A DNA stretch of 63,749 nucleotides, filler included, from Phoronis australis (taxonomy: Eukaryota; Animalia; Phoronida): the NCBI GenBank assembly GCA_002633005.1. It is 4 parts of 4 records of this genome, joined end to end, with 100 filler letters (N's around TTAATTAATTAA, not from the genome) between each part and the next. Parts side by side here need not be neighbours in the genome. Positions count along the whole stretch, not along the records: positions 1 to 26,503 come from NMRA01001331.1; 3 more parts are not named here. One strand, 5' to 3'. The translations under genes were made by a program, and so were the position numbers. Numbering within the stretch: the first letter of the stretch is position 1; each line of letters opens with the position of its first letter. The notes under the pieces are model-generated. The model saw nothing but the letters and a program-made list of their open reading frames with translations, had not been told where the DNA came from and made no database searches. Below, one piece after another: positions 13,501 to 26,427 of the stretch.

Positions 13501-16500
13501 AATAAGTCTCACTGGAAGGTAACGAGTGTCTTGAGTATAACAAAACTTACAGTAAAATCTCACCAACATGGCTGACAAGGGAAATTTTATTTGATCCTTT
13601 TGCCATGATACATACAACACCAAATCAAATGATTTTTCATGGCCGCGTTTTGTACCACAGATGCAATGAAAGCAAGTTCTGAAAAATTCTGTGGATTCAC
13701 GGTAATGATAGAAGCCCTTGCAAAATTAAAAAAGTGAGAATTTTTTTCAAAATTTGGTGAGATCTTACCGTACTTATTGAAAGCAGGTGATTTTTAGGTT
13801 GTTGACAAGGGAAATTTTAAGTACATATAAATTAGAAATGAGAAAATCACCAACTGCAGTGTCTTGGAGAAAGTGATCTTCATTTTTTTCATATCTTCCT
13901 GAATCCATGAAAGTATTAATTTTTGTTAACAAGTGGTGTCTTTTCCTTGCTGTAAAGACTAACGGTGAACTGTAATTGTGACTTCAACTTTTATTTTCTG
14001 TAATGATCTAATCTTGGCGTTTTGATTTTTTCCAAAAATGGTACCAAATGAATAAGGTATTTTAACCCCTATTTGGTGAACAGAACAAAAATCATATTTT
14101 CCTAAATGATTGCGAAGCCTTTTAGGCATGGTCCATCGTTGTCAGTGCATGTGCTACTGAAATAAAAGTCAGTACAAGACAAATGTTAGCTTTCAACAGA
14201 ACTTGATTGGCATTAGTTGGTGTTTAAAAGTTCTTTAGAACGGATAAAAGTACAGTTTTAGGTTTAGTATGGCATGTGCCATTTTGCATCTTGTATTGAT
14301 ATTTTTAGAGGCCCAGTCTATAGTTTGTCTGTGCATCCCACTGGGAAACTAGCGCTATCTGTTGGAAAAGATAAGACGTTGCGTACTTGGAACTTGGTGA
14401 CTGGGCGGTCTGCGTATGTTGTCAACTTGAAGGAAGGTAACATGGTGATGGTGAATGTGCTTGGGGGTTGTCAAGGACATGTAGAAATGATTTTCGTCAG
14501 AGCTGGTGCATATTCCACTGTAAGAAAGTCGTTAGACGCTTTCAGCAGGAATTCACGGCTTACCAAATGGAAATAGTGCTTTACTGTAATAGTTTTCTCC
14601 TTCAATTCAACGTTAAAGCTTAGCTGACCAGTCATCAAATCATTTTGGTGGTGGATCATTTTGCTTGTATAATTTCTCGAAAGATACTCATCTTTCACTT
14701 GTGGGATTTTACGTGGTCTTACCTGATCTCGCTTTTCTTGGAAAAAACTTGTTCTGTGGAACAAACCCACAGTCTGCATTGCTTCATTGTTTGTCAGTGC
14801 TCACCAATCACACACAATGGCACTCATCTGCATCTGATTTGACTGACATTTACTGAGTTTAACTTGCTCATGTGCACAGCCACATGACTAATCGTCTCGA
14901 GTTGAACTCAGGAGATTTTGGTTGAGAAATCTCTGCTAAGCTCTGAGCGTCATACATCAATTAGCTTTGCAAGGTGGGATGTAAAAGCCTATGTATGATC
15001 TCTGTGTGTTTGTGTAAAGCATTTTACCTAATGTGTTGTTCAAATCCACCTGTGTGGATAAGTAAGTGTTATCCACGACAGCAGATAACTACCATTCCGT
15101 CAAGAGATAGTTGCTAAACACACCCCCTTTACTGCTATGGAAGCCAGTATTAACAAATCAACCCATAGGATGAAACTTCATACTTGGCCAGTAAATTCAT
15201 TCAAGTTTCTGCCTATATTGTGGTAAACTAATAGTATCTGATTTTGAAATTCTGTTCTACGTTTGCTAACAGTATGTAACTCGGTCTCGTTTTTCCTGTT
15301 TCAGTGGCCAATCAAGTTGTTTGGTCGTTGGATGGGGACAGGTTCTGTGTTCTCGTTGACCGGCGAGCAGACGTATACAATGTTGAGGTATAGTTCTGTA
15401 GCGGCCCTTTGTTAACATAAACTTCGTTGAAAATGCGGCTAAACTTTTTGTTTGAAAGCTTGATACAGAGTTGAGGTAAATGACAAAAGCAGCATCTTGT
15501 ATCATCTTGGCAAACTATGAATACAGAAATACCACCGTGTCCTCTCCAGTTTTGCGGGAATCACCCACAATGCTGTGTTTTATTAGGACACTTGGTCTGC
15601 AGTTGTTTACAGCTGGCATGTTTATCACATTTTCCTGCATCTTTTGTCATTTTGATGCAAAGAACAGCTTTACAGTGAGCTGCAGTGCCGAAACTAAAAA
15701 TTGACAAGCTAGGTGGCGTGCGATATATTGCTCCTTTGTGGTTTGTATCGGCTCAGAAATGTTTTAAGTGTCCAACCTTTCGAAAACTAGGTCAATCATG
15801 TAATGCATTTTTCTATCTCCATGAAAAAGGAGATTTGAATACAGGAGGCGTCTGTCTCGAAATAGGATTTGGTTCATTGCTCACCCTGTTGGTAATACAT
15901 GATATATCATAATGTGTTTGCTTTATTCAAAGATTACCCAACTGTGTTCTGTGATATAATTAATGACAACTCAGGTAACTGAATGAATAAAAAATTATCC
16001 ACTGTCACAATACGTGCGATTTTGAAACAGCCTTAAATTTATGAAAAGTGTAAAATTGTTGCTCTTTGTAATTTGTTGTATGGGTACGCTTGCTCTCTAT
16101 ATATCAGATTTTAACCATAACTTGTTTGAAATAAACGTTTAAGACATGTCAGAAGTGAATGTGGGGGAGTTTGTAACCTTGTGCTGGCAGGAGATAATCA
16201 AAAGCACATTTAACGTTAAGGTGACCTTGAGTTTTTCCAGTTGATTTTTTTCATTGATATGTCGAACATTGACTGACCAGAAAATAATTCCATACCGTGC
16301 TATACACTACAATACAATGCAATTCTAAGCGACTTGCAGACGTGCAAAACTTAAAGGAGTCCCATATTTTGAGAACTTGGGTGGAGTTCAATAGCTGTCT
16401 TGTGGCGAGAAAAATCTAGTCAAAATCACATGTTCTCATTGAAAATCTCCCAAGGCACTAGCTTATTGAACTCTACCTAATTTTCTTCACTGAATATCAG

Positions 16501-19500
16501 GTGCCAAATTGGTTTTCAAAATGCGGGACCCTTGTTAGTGAATGTTACCAGAGTCTGTCCGCCAATGTATGCAACTTCACCCTCAGATCTTTGTAATGCT
16601 AACTCGATGCTTTGGAGTTACTCACAGCTTGTTTATTGATGAGTTTGTAACGCTGTTATTTCGTAAGGAAGAGCTTAAAAATCACTTGGTGGATTCAAGT
16701 AAAAGAATAGTCTTACTTCGAAATACATTCATGTGGGTTTTCACTTGGAATGTGTATGACACTAACGTCATCTAGTGAGCATTTGATCTCTGTCGTTGGG
16801 AATGGTAAACTAAATAGTGAATTATTTTTTACAGCTGAGTTAGTTCCTACTGCCTTTTTCCATATGTTTTTTATTTCTTGAAATGTTTTCACAGCACTTA
16901 TAGTGGAAGACGAGACTGTTAATAAGAGTAATTTATGACTTTCTTTGACAGAGTGCTGAAGTGTGCTACAGTATGTCTGCATCATACAGGCTACATTCAG
17001 CTGTGTTTGTTAAGGTGAGAAAATTTGCATGTCCTTGCACTAACGTTATGTGACATTACTTTAGGGAGTGCTAAAGTCAACCAATAATGAAAGCATTAGA
17101 AATTTTGTGAAGAGAGACTTTCTAGTAACCATGTTCTTGAACATGTCTAGTTCGTGGTTTTGTATTGGAGTTTTCTGCAAAGCCCAGGTGAATGATGTAC
17201 GGCCATTATCAAGTCTAAAACTTTGAGTTTTATAGAAAATAGACACTAAAACCATGGTAGCCTTTCAGTATGTTACAGTATGTTATTGAGGGGAATTGAG
17301 ATCTCTTCTATTTCAGCACTGGCTGCAGTGATGATACACCTGCCATATATTTAGGTTTGACTTTTGATTCCAAAATGTCATCTATCAAATATATAACGTG
17401 GGCCTGTTTAGCAGAAACTTTGACATTATTTAAAACTACAGGGCTTGGAATTTTCCGCGGAAACGCGGATTTCCGCTTTTTTGAAATGTGCTTTCCGCTT
17501 TTTTTATAATATTTCCGCGTAAAAAAAATCGGATTTGATATGAAATTTCCGCGGCAAATTCCTTTCTTACCGCGGCGTTGCAGACGACGTTCACCTCGGA
17601 AAGCGGAAGTCTTTATGTTTCGGAGGAACGTAAATTGTCAACATTGCCGGGGCATCTGGGTAAAGCGTGGTGTGATTTTCAATGGCGGCTCGTGTTATTG
17701 TTAAGCGCGGCGACAAATACTACCGCTCCGCAGCCAAATTTGTGTGAGTTGGGAGTGGACGGGCGAGCGAAAAGGACGCAGACGCATGCTACTGATGGTG
17801 GTAACGTTTTTTTTTATAGTCCTCCCGATTTTTGTCGCGGAAAGGTTCACATTGACCATTTCAAAGGCTGGTTATCGGGCATGATTTGGGCCGTAAAAGT
17901 TTCCGCGTTTTTTGTCATTGGTCATTCCAAGCCCTGAAACTACTGCCAAAACAATGTTATGACTTAGGGATGTGTCTTTACAAAATTTACTCTCCAAAAT
18001 TGTGTAATCAGTTGTAGTCGTAGACATGATGTGTTCATAATTTTATTCGCCATTCGGTGAATTTCCTACATTGCTGGTGGTCTCACCTCGTGAGTGGTTT
18101 TCTGTTCAAACTGCAAAGGAATTCACTTCAAAAAATCTGTACAAAAGCTGTGTAGTTTCTATATTGCGTGAGAGGAATGGAATTTCATGTTTTCATTTAA
18201 TCCAAGATTTTGGTAGTTGAAAATATATACGAGTATGTGGCAATGTATTCTTAGTGATTATGAGCTCATTTAAATACTTGTGTAACGTTATTGGCAATTG
18301 CTCATTTTGCCAAATATCTACAAAACCATAATAGCCTTTAGTGTGGTAAAAGAGTATATTTTCTAAAAAACCTATAGAATTTAATTTTTGATTTTGTACG
18401 AATTTGTCATTAATTTGTTAATGTAACGTGCAATTCAGTTGCATGTCACCATAATGCTGACCTGTATATAAGTGGTGTTTTGCATGTTTTGTAGAATGAT
18501 GTCCTAGCAGTGGCTGGTGAGGGAGGATGCATTGAATTACACAGCATTTCACATAACAAACTGATCCACAAGGAGTCACTGCAGACAACAAGGTGGGCCC
18601 TCAACCACTTGTCTGTATTTCTTGGAAATAATTCTCTGTATTTCTTAGAGATGATTGTCTGCATTTTAAAAAGTCATGTATTTACCCCTTTTCCTTGGCT
18701 GTGTAACCACTGTTATCTTATTGCATAGAACCAGTATTAGTTTGCCAACATTCTTATGAATAAAAATTGCAATTGAAAAAGTTTTGTTAAAGGCTCCTCG
18801 CTGACAAAGAGATGTGAGCCCAGCTGGCTGCCTTTAGTGGATCATATATCTGGTGTCGAGGCATAAACACTGGAATCAACGACCAGCTAGTTCATTCGGT
18901 TGTTGAATTTCCAGGCCTGTCATGGGTAACGTGTATACTGGGCTGATTAACAATTATGGATTATTACTAAATCAATAATATTTCAAGTAATTATTTAATT
19001 GCTTTCTAACGAAAATAGCAACAACTGTGTATTTGTTTCATGGGTCTGCTTGTAAGGTCTGGTTTTATTTTAAAGACAAGACATTCCATAATAGTATCTG
19101 CTCTATTTCTGATTGAACTGTTTGACTGATGTGTATTGTCCTGAAAGCAAAATAGCAGTCTCCACCCTCTTTCTTGGTGAAGTTTGTCAGTGACGCATAT
19201 TGTCCTGACAACATGTTCTGTAATAGTAGCAGTCTCCACCCTCTTTCTTGGTGAAGTGTGTCAGTGACGCATATTGTCATGACAACATGTTCTGTAATAG
19301 TAGCAGTCTCCACCCTCTTTCAGAGTGATGTGTTGACCTGTATTGTCCCGACAACATGCTCTATAATAGTGGTAGGCTCTGCCCTCCTTCAGAGTGTATT
19401 GTTCCAGTGATCTGTATTGTCCAGACAACACGTTCCATAATGGCAGTTTCCATCCTCTTTCAGAGTGAAGTGTTTGAGTGTCCAATGGCGTCCTGACAAC

Positions 19501-21319
19501 ACATTCTTGCTCATCTCAGCCTCCAGTGACGGACAGATCCATGTATTTAGTGGGCATTTGGAAAAGGTGAGACATGCAGTAATATTTTTGTAACTATACC
19601 TGCAGGTCAGCTATGGTATTTTATTTTTTAAACTTGCTGTATTTTATTTTTTAAACTTGCTGTATTTTATTTTTTAAACTTATTCAGTCATGAGCGCAAG
19701 TCATCTGCCGTGGAAATTCTTTGACCTTGAGCATTCAAAATAAATCACAACACATTCAAACATCCCAGATTCACACGTCATGTCATAATTTTTGTGGAGT
19801 ACTGGATTTTCCAACAGGTGCAATTGCGTGTTTTTGTATGTGAGAGTACCTCCCACCTAACTGTATATGAATGTTTGTAGCGACGTCGACCTGTGTCAAT
19901 GGGTAGTAATCACTTGCAGGGGTACCGCATTTTGAGAACCAGATTTCTCCACTGAACAACAGACATCAAACTGGTTCTCAATATCCAGGACCACTGTAAG
20001 TGATTACGGTAAAATCTTCTAAATTTAGAACTCAGTACGGCAGACAAGTGAAATTTTATTTTCTCGTTTTTTCATACAAGACATGTAGCTGCAACCATTG
20101 ATTATAGACAACAGATTTGCAACTCCAACATTGTCTTCCATATTAAGCCAGAGGTGGCACCACTCTCCTAAATTATCTTGTTCATTTCCGGTCAGTGTAC
20201 TGTGAAGGGAAATTCTCGCATCAATTTTACTGTCCAGTACAACGAAAACAAAATAATTTCGGCATTGAAACGCTGTTCAAAATCTTAAAATAGCAGTTGG
20301 TACCGTGAGTACTCTTAGCAATGCTACTACCACCCGACCATACAACAGCCGACCAAGATTAACAGATGACGTACTTGCCGGAAATAACACCAGTTAATTT
20401 GGCCAGGTGTCGCTAGTGAATAATGACATAACGTTGTGTGGAAGAGCACAGATTCCGTCCATTGAAAGTATACGGAGTTGGCGGTCCATGTATCGCTGCA
20501 ACTTAACGCTTTACCACATTCAACTTTTTTAAGGTAGCTATTATCACACAATAGAAGCCCTTAAGAAACGAAAAGGCACAATTTTGTCGATTATTTCTGT
20601 CTGAAATAAGTGGAGATTTGACTTTATTAACGTTTAACACACCTTATTAATAGCTACAGCTGGGAGTTGGGTAACCTGTGTCATGTGATGCTGGAATTTT
20701 CTGTGGCACTAGCTTTTAAAGTTATCTTGTTACAGTTAAAAAAAATGTTATTTCAGTAAATACGGACAACACGTCTGTTGTTCAAAATAAAGTGTTTGCA
20801 CTACTTCTTAAAACTAACTGGAAGTCAAGGCTTTTCAAATGTCAGTTTTGACTGAGCAATGGACCTGCATCGTGGTTTTTCATTGATGTAGTCATCCAAG
20901 TGTATTTATTGTATTGAAAGCTGACAATTTTTTGTTAATTCACCATACGAAGTTTTATATTATTTTATCTTTTCCAGACTGCCGTGACTTTAGAGTTAGT
21001 AGCAAGTGTCAATACCAAATTCAGACTTCTGTGTTTGTCAGTACAATCCGGACCTTTTGAAAATAGTACGGCAACAAGTAGCAAATCAGCCTCAAAAACG
21101 GCAAAACGTAAACGACAAGATAATAGAGTGGAGAATCATGACAGTAGCCTTAAATTCGATAAAGACAAAGGAACGGAAAAAACGGGGGAAGGGGACGTAG
21201 CAGTTAAGAAGAAGAAGAAAGTAGTCATTGACAGTGAACCCAGCCTTGTGAAAGCTGTTGAAAAAGGAAAGAAAGTGGAAAAGAAAAAGCATAAAAAGAA
21301 AAAGCAGAAGGGGTTGTAG
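10592..21319 (+). CDS. PAK1IP1: p21-activated kinase 1-interacting protein 1 (MAK11 homolog, WD40, 60S biogenesis), complete, 9 exons, 391 aa
   Basis: Exons 10592-10663, 11813-11978, 13347-13467, 14309-14436, 15305-15387, 16952-17014, 18495-18592, 19464-19566, 20978-21319 sum to 1176 nt, are all GT-AG and are in frame. Motifs: VGTYEELILGY, LASGSSDETIHLFN, LLSASEDGKICLW, VHPTGKLALSVGKDKTLRTWNLVTGRSAY, LISASSDGQI, plus a Lys-rich C-terminal tail. Confidence 0.93.
13139..13390 (+). repeat. 49-bp minisatellite x5 spanning the PAK1IP1 exon-3 acceptor
   Basis: cttgttgtacag|ggtgcatcaatggtctccagttccatgacatgtctca units, with AG ending at 13150, 13199, 13248, 13297 and 13346. Confidence 0.92.
17439..17936. 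mobile_element. hAT-like MITE with 6-bp TSD
   Basis: TIR cagggcttggaat / attccaagccctg. Flanking direct repeat aaacta at 17433-17438 and 17937-17942. Subterminal ttccgcg repeats. Confidence 0.8.
19075..19510 (+). repeat. ~70-74-bp degenerate minisatellite (~5-6 copies) spanning the PAK1IP1 exon-8 acceptor
   Basis: Units gcagtctccaccctctttc(ag|a/ttg)gtgaagtg...gtcctgacaac. The last copy is the real acceptor (19463) and exon start. Confidence 0.85.
19906..20007. mobile_element. ~100-150-bp palindromic mini-MITE family member (other copies ~9777-9926, 10841-10957, 16480-16531, 32693-32795, 37873-37972)
   Basis: Shared core ttttgagaacc..ccactgaa..aactggttctcaa with self-complementary arms. Confidence 0.65.
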
Positions 21320-22095
21320 CTTAGACATCTGATTGGTTTAAAAGGCAGAAGTCGTCATCAAGAACTAATCAGATATCTTAGCTGCAACTGATTCACTCTG
21401 CCTGCTCCGCTCAGTCAACTGGCTAACACATCTGGCACGCAAAATGTATTCAGACAAAATAACCCAAATTTCCCTGTCATGACAAATTCAGGGACAGAGT
21501 AATGTTGCCTCATGCCCGAGAATGAAGGATAATTCTGAAACAGGAAAGTTGGTAAGGTGGCTAAGGCATTTTGTAACTAGAATATGACGCCCTAATAGGT
21601 CTTGCCAGTTATTTTTGCTGTTAACAGAATTACCTGTCATGACAGGTAAGTGGTATTTTGTCTGATTGTGTTAGTCATGTATTGTTCTACTGACCAGCTG
21701 TTGTGAAACAAAGCAATTTACTGGCTGTCTAGTTAATACATAACATAGTGACTTAAGTGTACAACATCTCGTCAACTGAAAACAAAATTGGCATGATATA
21801 CTTTAGTCCGCCTGTTATCACATAATATGGTGACTCTGTTGTGTCACAATTTTTAAACTGGAAATGAAGTGACAGCGATATCGTTTTTTTAGACGCAAGT
21901 TGTGATGTAACCTGGTGACTTCATTGTACTATGATTCAAGAACTAAAAATAACTTGCCTGCTGTCTTGTTATTTTGTTGGCATTTCATGAAATAACATGG
22001 CGCCTTTGTTGTACCATGAATGATCAATAATGTTGAAAATAAAATGTCATTTTTCACTTTTTTTCTGCACGCTGTCTCAAATCTATGTTGCTGGC

Positions 22096-22332
22096 CTAAC
22101 CCACTGGAAAAGCTGTTCCCACAACTCTTGTTACTTTACTCAAGTATGCGACGTCGTAGGTGACAATCTTGATGTTGTTTCCATTTATACTGGTCTGACA
22201 GGCATCATTGGGTCGAACCAGGAAACAGATGGTATAGGCAGCCATTTCAAATTCAGGGCTCGTTCCCACAAGCATGGTTCCTACCTCTTTCCATGCTTTG
22301 TTGATAGTGTACTGAGCTACCAACAGATGGCT
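22096..22332 (-). CDS. ENDOU: Terminal coding exon of an EndoU/PP11 (XendoU-type) uridylate-specific endoribonuclease; upstream exons not found in window
   Basis: A tttcag acceptor precedes an open frame SHLLVAQYTINKAWKEVGTMLVGTSPEFEMAAYTICFLVRPNDACQTSINGNNIKIVTYDVAYLSKVTRVVGTAFPVG*. It carries the EndoU signature KEVG-x3-G-[TS]SPEFE-x-A-x-Y-x2-CF-x2-RP, including the catalytic Lys, and the terminal [IV][GA]TA[FY] motif. Confidence 0.85.
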   Translation of the reverse strand, partial: SHLLVAQYTINKAWKEVGTMLVGTSPEFEMAAYTICFLVRPNDACQTSINGNNIKIVTYDVAYLSKVTRVVGTAFPVG

Positions 22333-23633
22333 CTGAAACGACACTGTAAACCTTATTCCCTTGGAGACATCCTACCCTAAAATCTCACCAATTTAGGACT
22401 CAGTGTGGCTGACAGGTGAAACATTGTTCCTGTATTTTATCCATAAAATGCATGTAGCTATGAATTAAGTGCTTTTCTCAAGTTCTGTACTACAGTCACC
22501 AGACGAGAGTTTCCAAAATTGTGGTTATTCACAATAATGTTAGAATTCGTTTATATGCTAAGGAAACTGGCAATTTTGGAATTATCATTACAATAAATTT
22601 ACATACATGCACAGGCTTCTTTTTTCTTCGAAATCATAAAATTCCTGTTTTTTAAAGTCCCTCGTGAAAAATGAAACATTTTAAAATCAATTTCTACCAG
22701 TGTTTTGGAGAGCAGTGCAGAAAACATACTATCTGAACGTTTCACCGAAATCAAATTGGCCATTTCAATGTTCTGAAGTTTTCCAAAATAATCTTAAACA
22801 GATTTGTGGTACAATACGTGACATTTTCCAGTTATCTGGATGATTTAAAAGGGAGCTGTATTTTATTCTGAGTAAATTTTGGATAGTTTTCCATGAATTG
22901 TTGATTAATTTCTCAAATAATTCAACAACAAAAATCATACTTATATTCTCTAACGAAGCTCAAAAATATTACCGGCTTGGAGCGCTGCTTAGTCTCGTGA
23001 CGTATTTGACGGGGGCAGTCACTGTCCTGTGTTAGCGTGCAATCAAGTAGCGTTTTTCATATTGTCGGAATAAGAAATTTTAGTGTGAAATGTCGGGTCA
23101 CCAGGGATACCTGTTTGAGCCGAGGCAACACAAAGTGATACCATAGACTATGGTGATACCCAGTCATCGTCAGACGAAAATTTGTCAGTGCAACCAGTCC
23201 GTATCAGCAATTTACACTGGTGTGACTGTGCCGTGGGCAATGTGGACTCTAGCCAGCCAGTCAGCCTGCTGTCGGCCTATACTCAGCGCTGTTAACTTGA
23301 AGGGTTGGTAAGTTACCGACTATAGCTGCATGAAGACTATCGTACCACTGTGTGCTGACTCCTTTAACCCCGAAATTTCAGACAGCCGTTGACTACCCGG
23401 GCCCGGTCTCCAATCTCCGTACTCAGACTCATACTCATACTCGAGATTTCATACTCAAAATCGTGCTCACTGGAGTCGTACTCAAAAAAGCGTATCTAAT
23501 GTCGGATTTCGAGTAGACTCCAAACGTACTCAAATCTGACACTCATACTCGAGTTGCTATGGAACTCTTTATGATGTGAAATGCAAAATCACGCAAAGCC
23601 GCGCTGATTCATCGCTCCCTATTGGAATAGACC

Positions 23634-24579
23634 NNNNNNNNNNNNNNNNNNNNNNNNNNNNNNNNNNNNNNNNNNNNNNNNNNNNNNNNNNNNNNNNNNN
23701 NNNNNNNNNNNNNNNNNNNNNNNNNNNNNNNNNNNNNNNNNNNNNNNNNNNNNNNNNNNNNNNNNNNNNNNNNNNNNNNNNNNNNNNNNNNNNNNNNNNN
23801 NNNNNNNNNNNNNNNNNNNNNNNNNNNNNNNNNNNNNNNNNNNNNNNNNNNNNNNNNNNNNNNNNNNNNNNNNNNNNNNNNNNNNNNNNNNNNNNNNNNN
23901 NNNNNNNNNNNNNNNNNNNNNNNNNNNNNNNNNNNNNNNNNNNNNNNNNNNNNNNNNNNNNNNNNNNNNNNNNNNNNNNNNNNNNNNNNNNNNNNNNNNN
24001 NNNNNNNNNNNNNNNNNNNNNNNNNNNNNNNNNNNNNNNNNNNNNNNNNNNNNNNNNNNNNNNNNNNNNNNNNNNNNNNNNNNNNNNNNNNNNNNNNNNN
24101 NNNNNNNNNNNNNNNNNNNNNNNNNNNNNNNNNNNNNNNNNNNNNNNNNNNNNNNNNNNNNNNNNNNNNNNNNNNNNNNNNNNNNNNNNNNNNNNNNNNN
24201 NNNNNNNNNNNNNNNNNNNNNNNNNNNNNNNNNNNNNNNNNNNNNNNNNNNNNNNNNNNNNNNNNNNNNNNNNNNNNNNNNNNNNNNNNNNNNNNNNNNN
24301 NNNNNNNNNNNNNNNNNNNNNNNNNNNNNNNNNNNNNNNNNNNNNNNNNNNNNNNNNNNNNNNNNNNNNNNNNNNNNNNNNNNNNNNNNNNNNNNNNNNN
24401 NNNNNNNNNNNNNNNNNNNNNNNNNNNNNNNNNNNNNNNNNNNNNNNNNNNNNNNNNNNNNNNNNNNNNNNNNNNNNNNNNNNNNNNNNNNNNNNNNNNN
24501 NNNNNNNNNNNNNNNNNNNNNNNNNNNNNNNNNNNNNNNNNNNNNNNNNNNNNNNNNNNNNNNNNNNNNNNNNNNNNNT
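23634..24579. other. Assembly gap (other gaps: 26504-26603, 58294-58393, 61102-61201)
   Basis: Runs of N. The three 100-bp gaps contain an artificial ttaattaattaa pad. Confidence 0.98.
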
Positions 24580-25271
24580 AAAACTTAGGCTACATCAACA
24601 TATAAAGCTAACGGACCGGCGGGGGCGCATGCAAAATCTGGTAGTCACCCGACACTCCCACTGTTCGTTGCAGCCGTTTAAGTGGAAAACAATCAAACAA
24701 ACGTCATTTGGTAGCATAATTTGCCGCCTTTTTAACAAAGACGTTTGTCGTCCGTTCAAAAACAGCACGCTCGTGACACGGCGCACGTGCCATTTCCTAA
24801 AAATTTGAGACGTCTTTCGGGACATGATGACAGCTTCGCAGCACCAAGGTTGTTCTAAAATTCGGTTTATTGTTATAAAAATACTAAAAACTTGTAACTA
24901 AATGAAACAATTTCCTATAATTTGTTATAACATGTACGCAACCTAGGTAATACCGTCAGCGACGAACACTTGATAAAAGAATCCGGGGGAAAAGAAACTG
25001 GTAAAGGTCAGGTGACGTAATCTTAAAAAGCCGACTCAAGAGAACACATCACAATTTTAGCAGCAGCCGATGAACGATTGCTAACTTTTCCAACACCGGT
25101 AAATACAGAAGTTAGTTTACTCTAGGAACCTGGTTCCTATGTTTACTCAAGGATGAGATTGGTTTTAATGATATTAAGTCAGTTTTTATTTGTCCATTTT
25201 TTACCTATATCGGCTCTTGAAACCTGTAGGCCTATATTTGGTATATAGCTTTGGGCCAAGGCTTGGGTAAC

Positions 25272-25653
25272 CCAGCGATGGTATGCGATGACCATTCCTT
25301 TAGAAGACGACTTTTTCGAATAGTTTGAACAAGCAGGTGCCATACAGAAAGGCATAGCGAACCTTTTACAGCCCTGTTGCAAACAATAAAAAATAAGGAC
25401 GATTGATACAATGATAAATTGCGAAGTAAACTCTTCAAAATATGACATCAGCAATGAATGTGTAAAGCAGACTATACCCCGCCATTCACGTCACTGACAC
25501 ATCAGCCAATCAGCGATCGGTTTCAGAATTCAGTGTTTTAACCATGAATACGAATCGGCTTTTGTTTGGCACGCAAGTCAGGCAAATATGAGTTTTATTT
25601 GTATGTTAGAACCGATTAACTGCAACATTATTTTGACTACAGTCCCCTTTTAA
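25272..25653 (-). mobile_element. Transposon 5' end with THAP-domain N-terminal fragment (Kolobok-like)
   Basis: The minus strand starts ttaaaaggggactgtagtc (TTAA plus purine terminus) and has a CCAAT box near 25505. ATG at 25355 gives MPFCMAPACSNYSKKSSSKGMVIAYHRW, which resembles a THAP C-x4-C...YHR[FW] start. Confidence 0.55.
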
Positions 25654-26333
25654 GACCTGTTGACCACTTTGACCATGAAAATGTATTGTACAAGCATCGG
25701 ATACGTTATGGCGGGAACACCACATCTCTTGATATGGCTGTTGTCTGTTTCATGAAAAAGGACTTAAGGTTACGTAGGACCCTAGAAAGATGGCCGAAAT
25801 GGGCTAACTTCAGAACATCACATCTCAAACATGGCTGATCTGATTCATATGAAACTTTCACATGCTATGCTTAAAGTCACTATTTCCTTGACTTTCGCCT
25901 GCTTAGATCACAAGTTGAGCTTTGCCAATCGAAAGATATCACTAAAATTAACTCTTTTCGTAAATTACAGCCATGTACATACTCTCGTTATTTTACTATT
26001 AATTTTTTTAAATTTATAAAAAGTGGGCGTACCTTCAGCCAAACCTCATTATTTATGCGGGGTTGCCAGTGGAGAGATTACCCATAATGCACACGAATCA
26101 GCTGACGGAAGAGAAACATGTCAAGCACAAGCGGTCGAGGTGAGTTATGTGTTTTGGGACTTCTTGCCAGCTAAACAAGAAATCAGAATGTACAAACAGT
26201 TGGAAATCACAGCTTGATTCTTACTCGTAAACAACAAGATTAATTTGTTCTGAACCTCGGTTCTCTCAACTATTTCTGTCGCTATCCCGAGTCATTCGAA
26301 GTCGACGTATCCGTGTACTTGTCTATATTACAC

Positions 26334-26427
26334 CACAGGCGTCCTCAGCTTCTGATCGTCCCCAGTACACTACATATAATACTACATGTAGTGTATTAGG
26401 GACGATCAGAAGCTGAGGACGCCTGTG
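26334..26427. mobile_element. 94-bp fold-back MITE with CA..TG ends and 8-bp TSD (P/hAT-like)
   Basis: cacaggcgtcctcagcttctgatcgtcc ... ggacgatcagaagctgaggacgcctgtg, with TSD tattacac on both sides. Confidence 0.85.

Noticed and set aside
22030-22380. 116-aa plus-strand ORF
   Set aside because: Antisense shadow of the EndoU exon.
23576-24808. 410-aa ORF
   Set aside because: Almost entirely X residues from an N-gap; an artefact.
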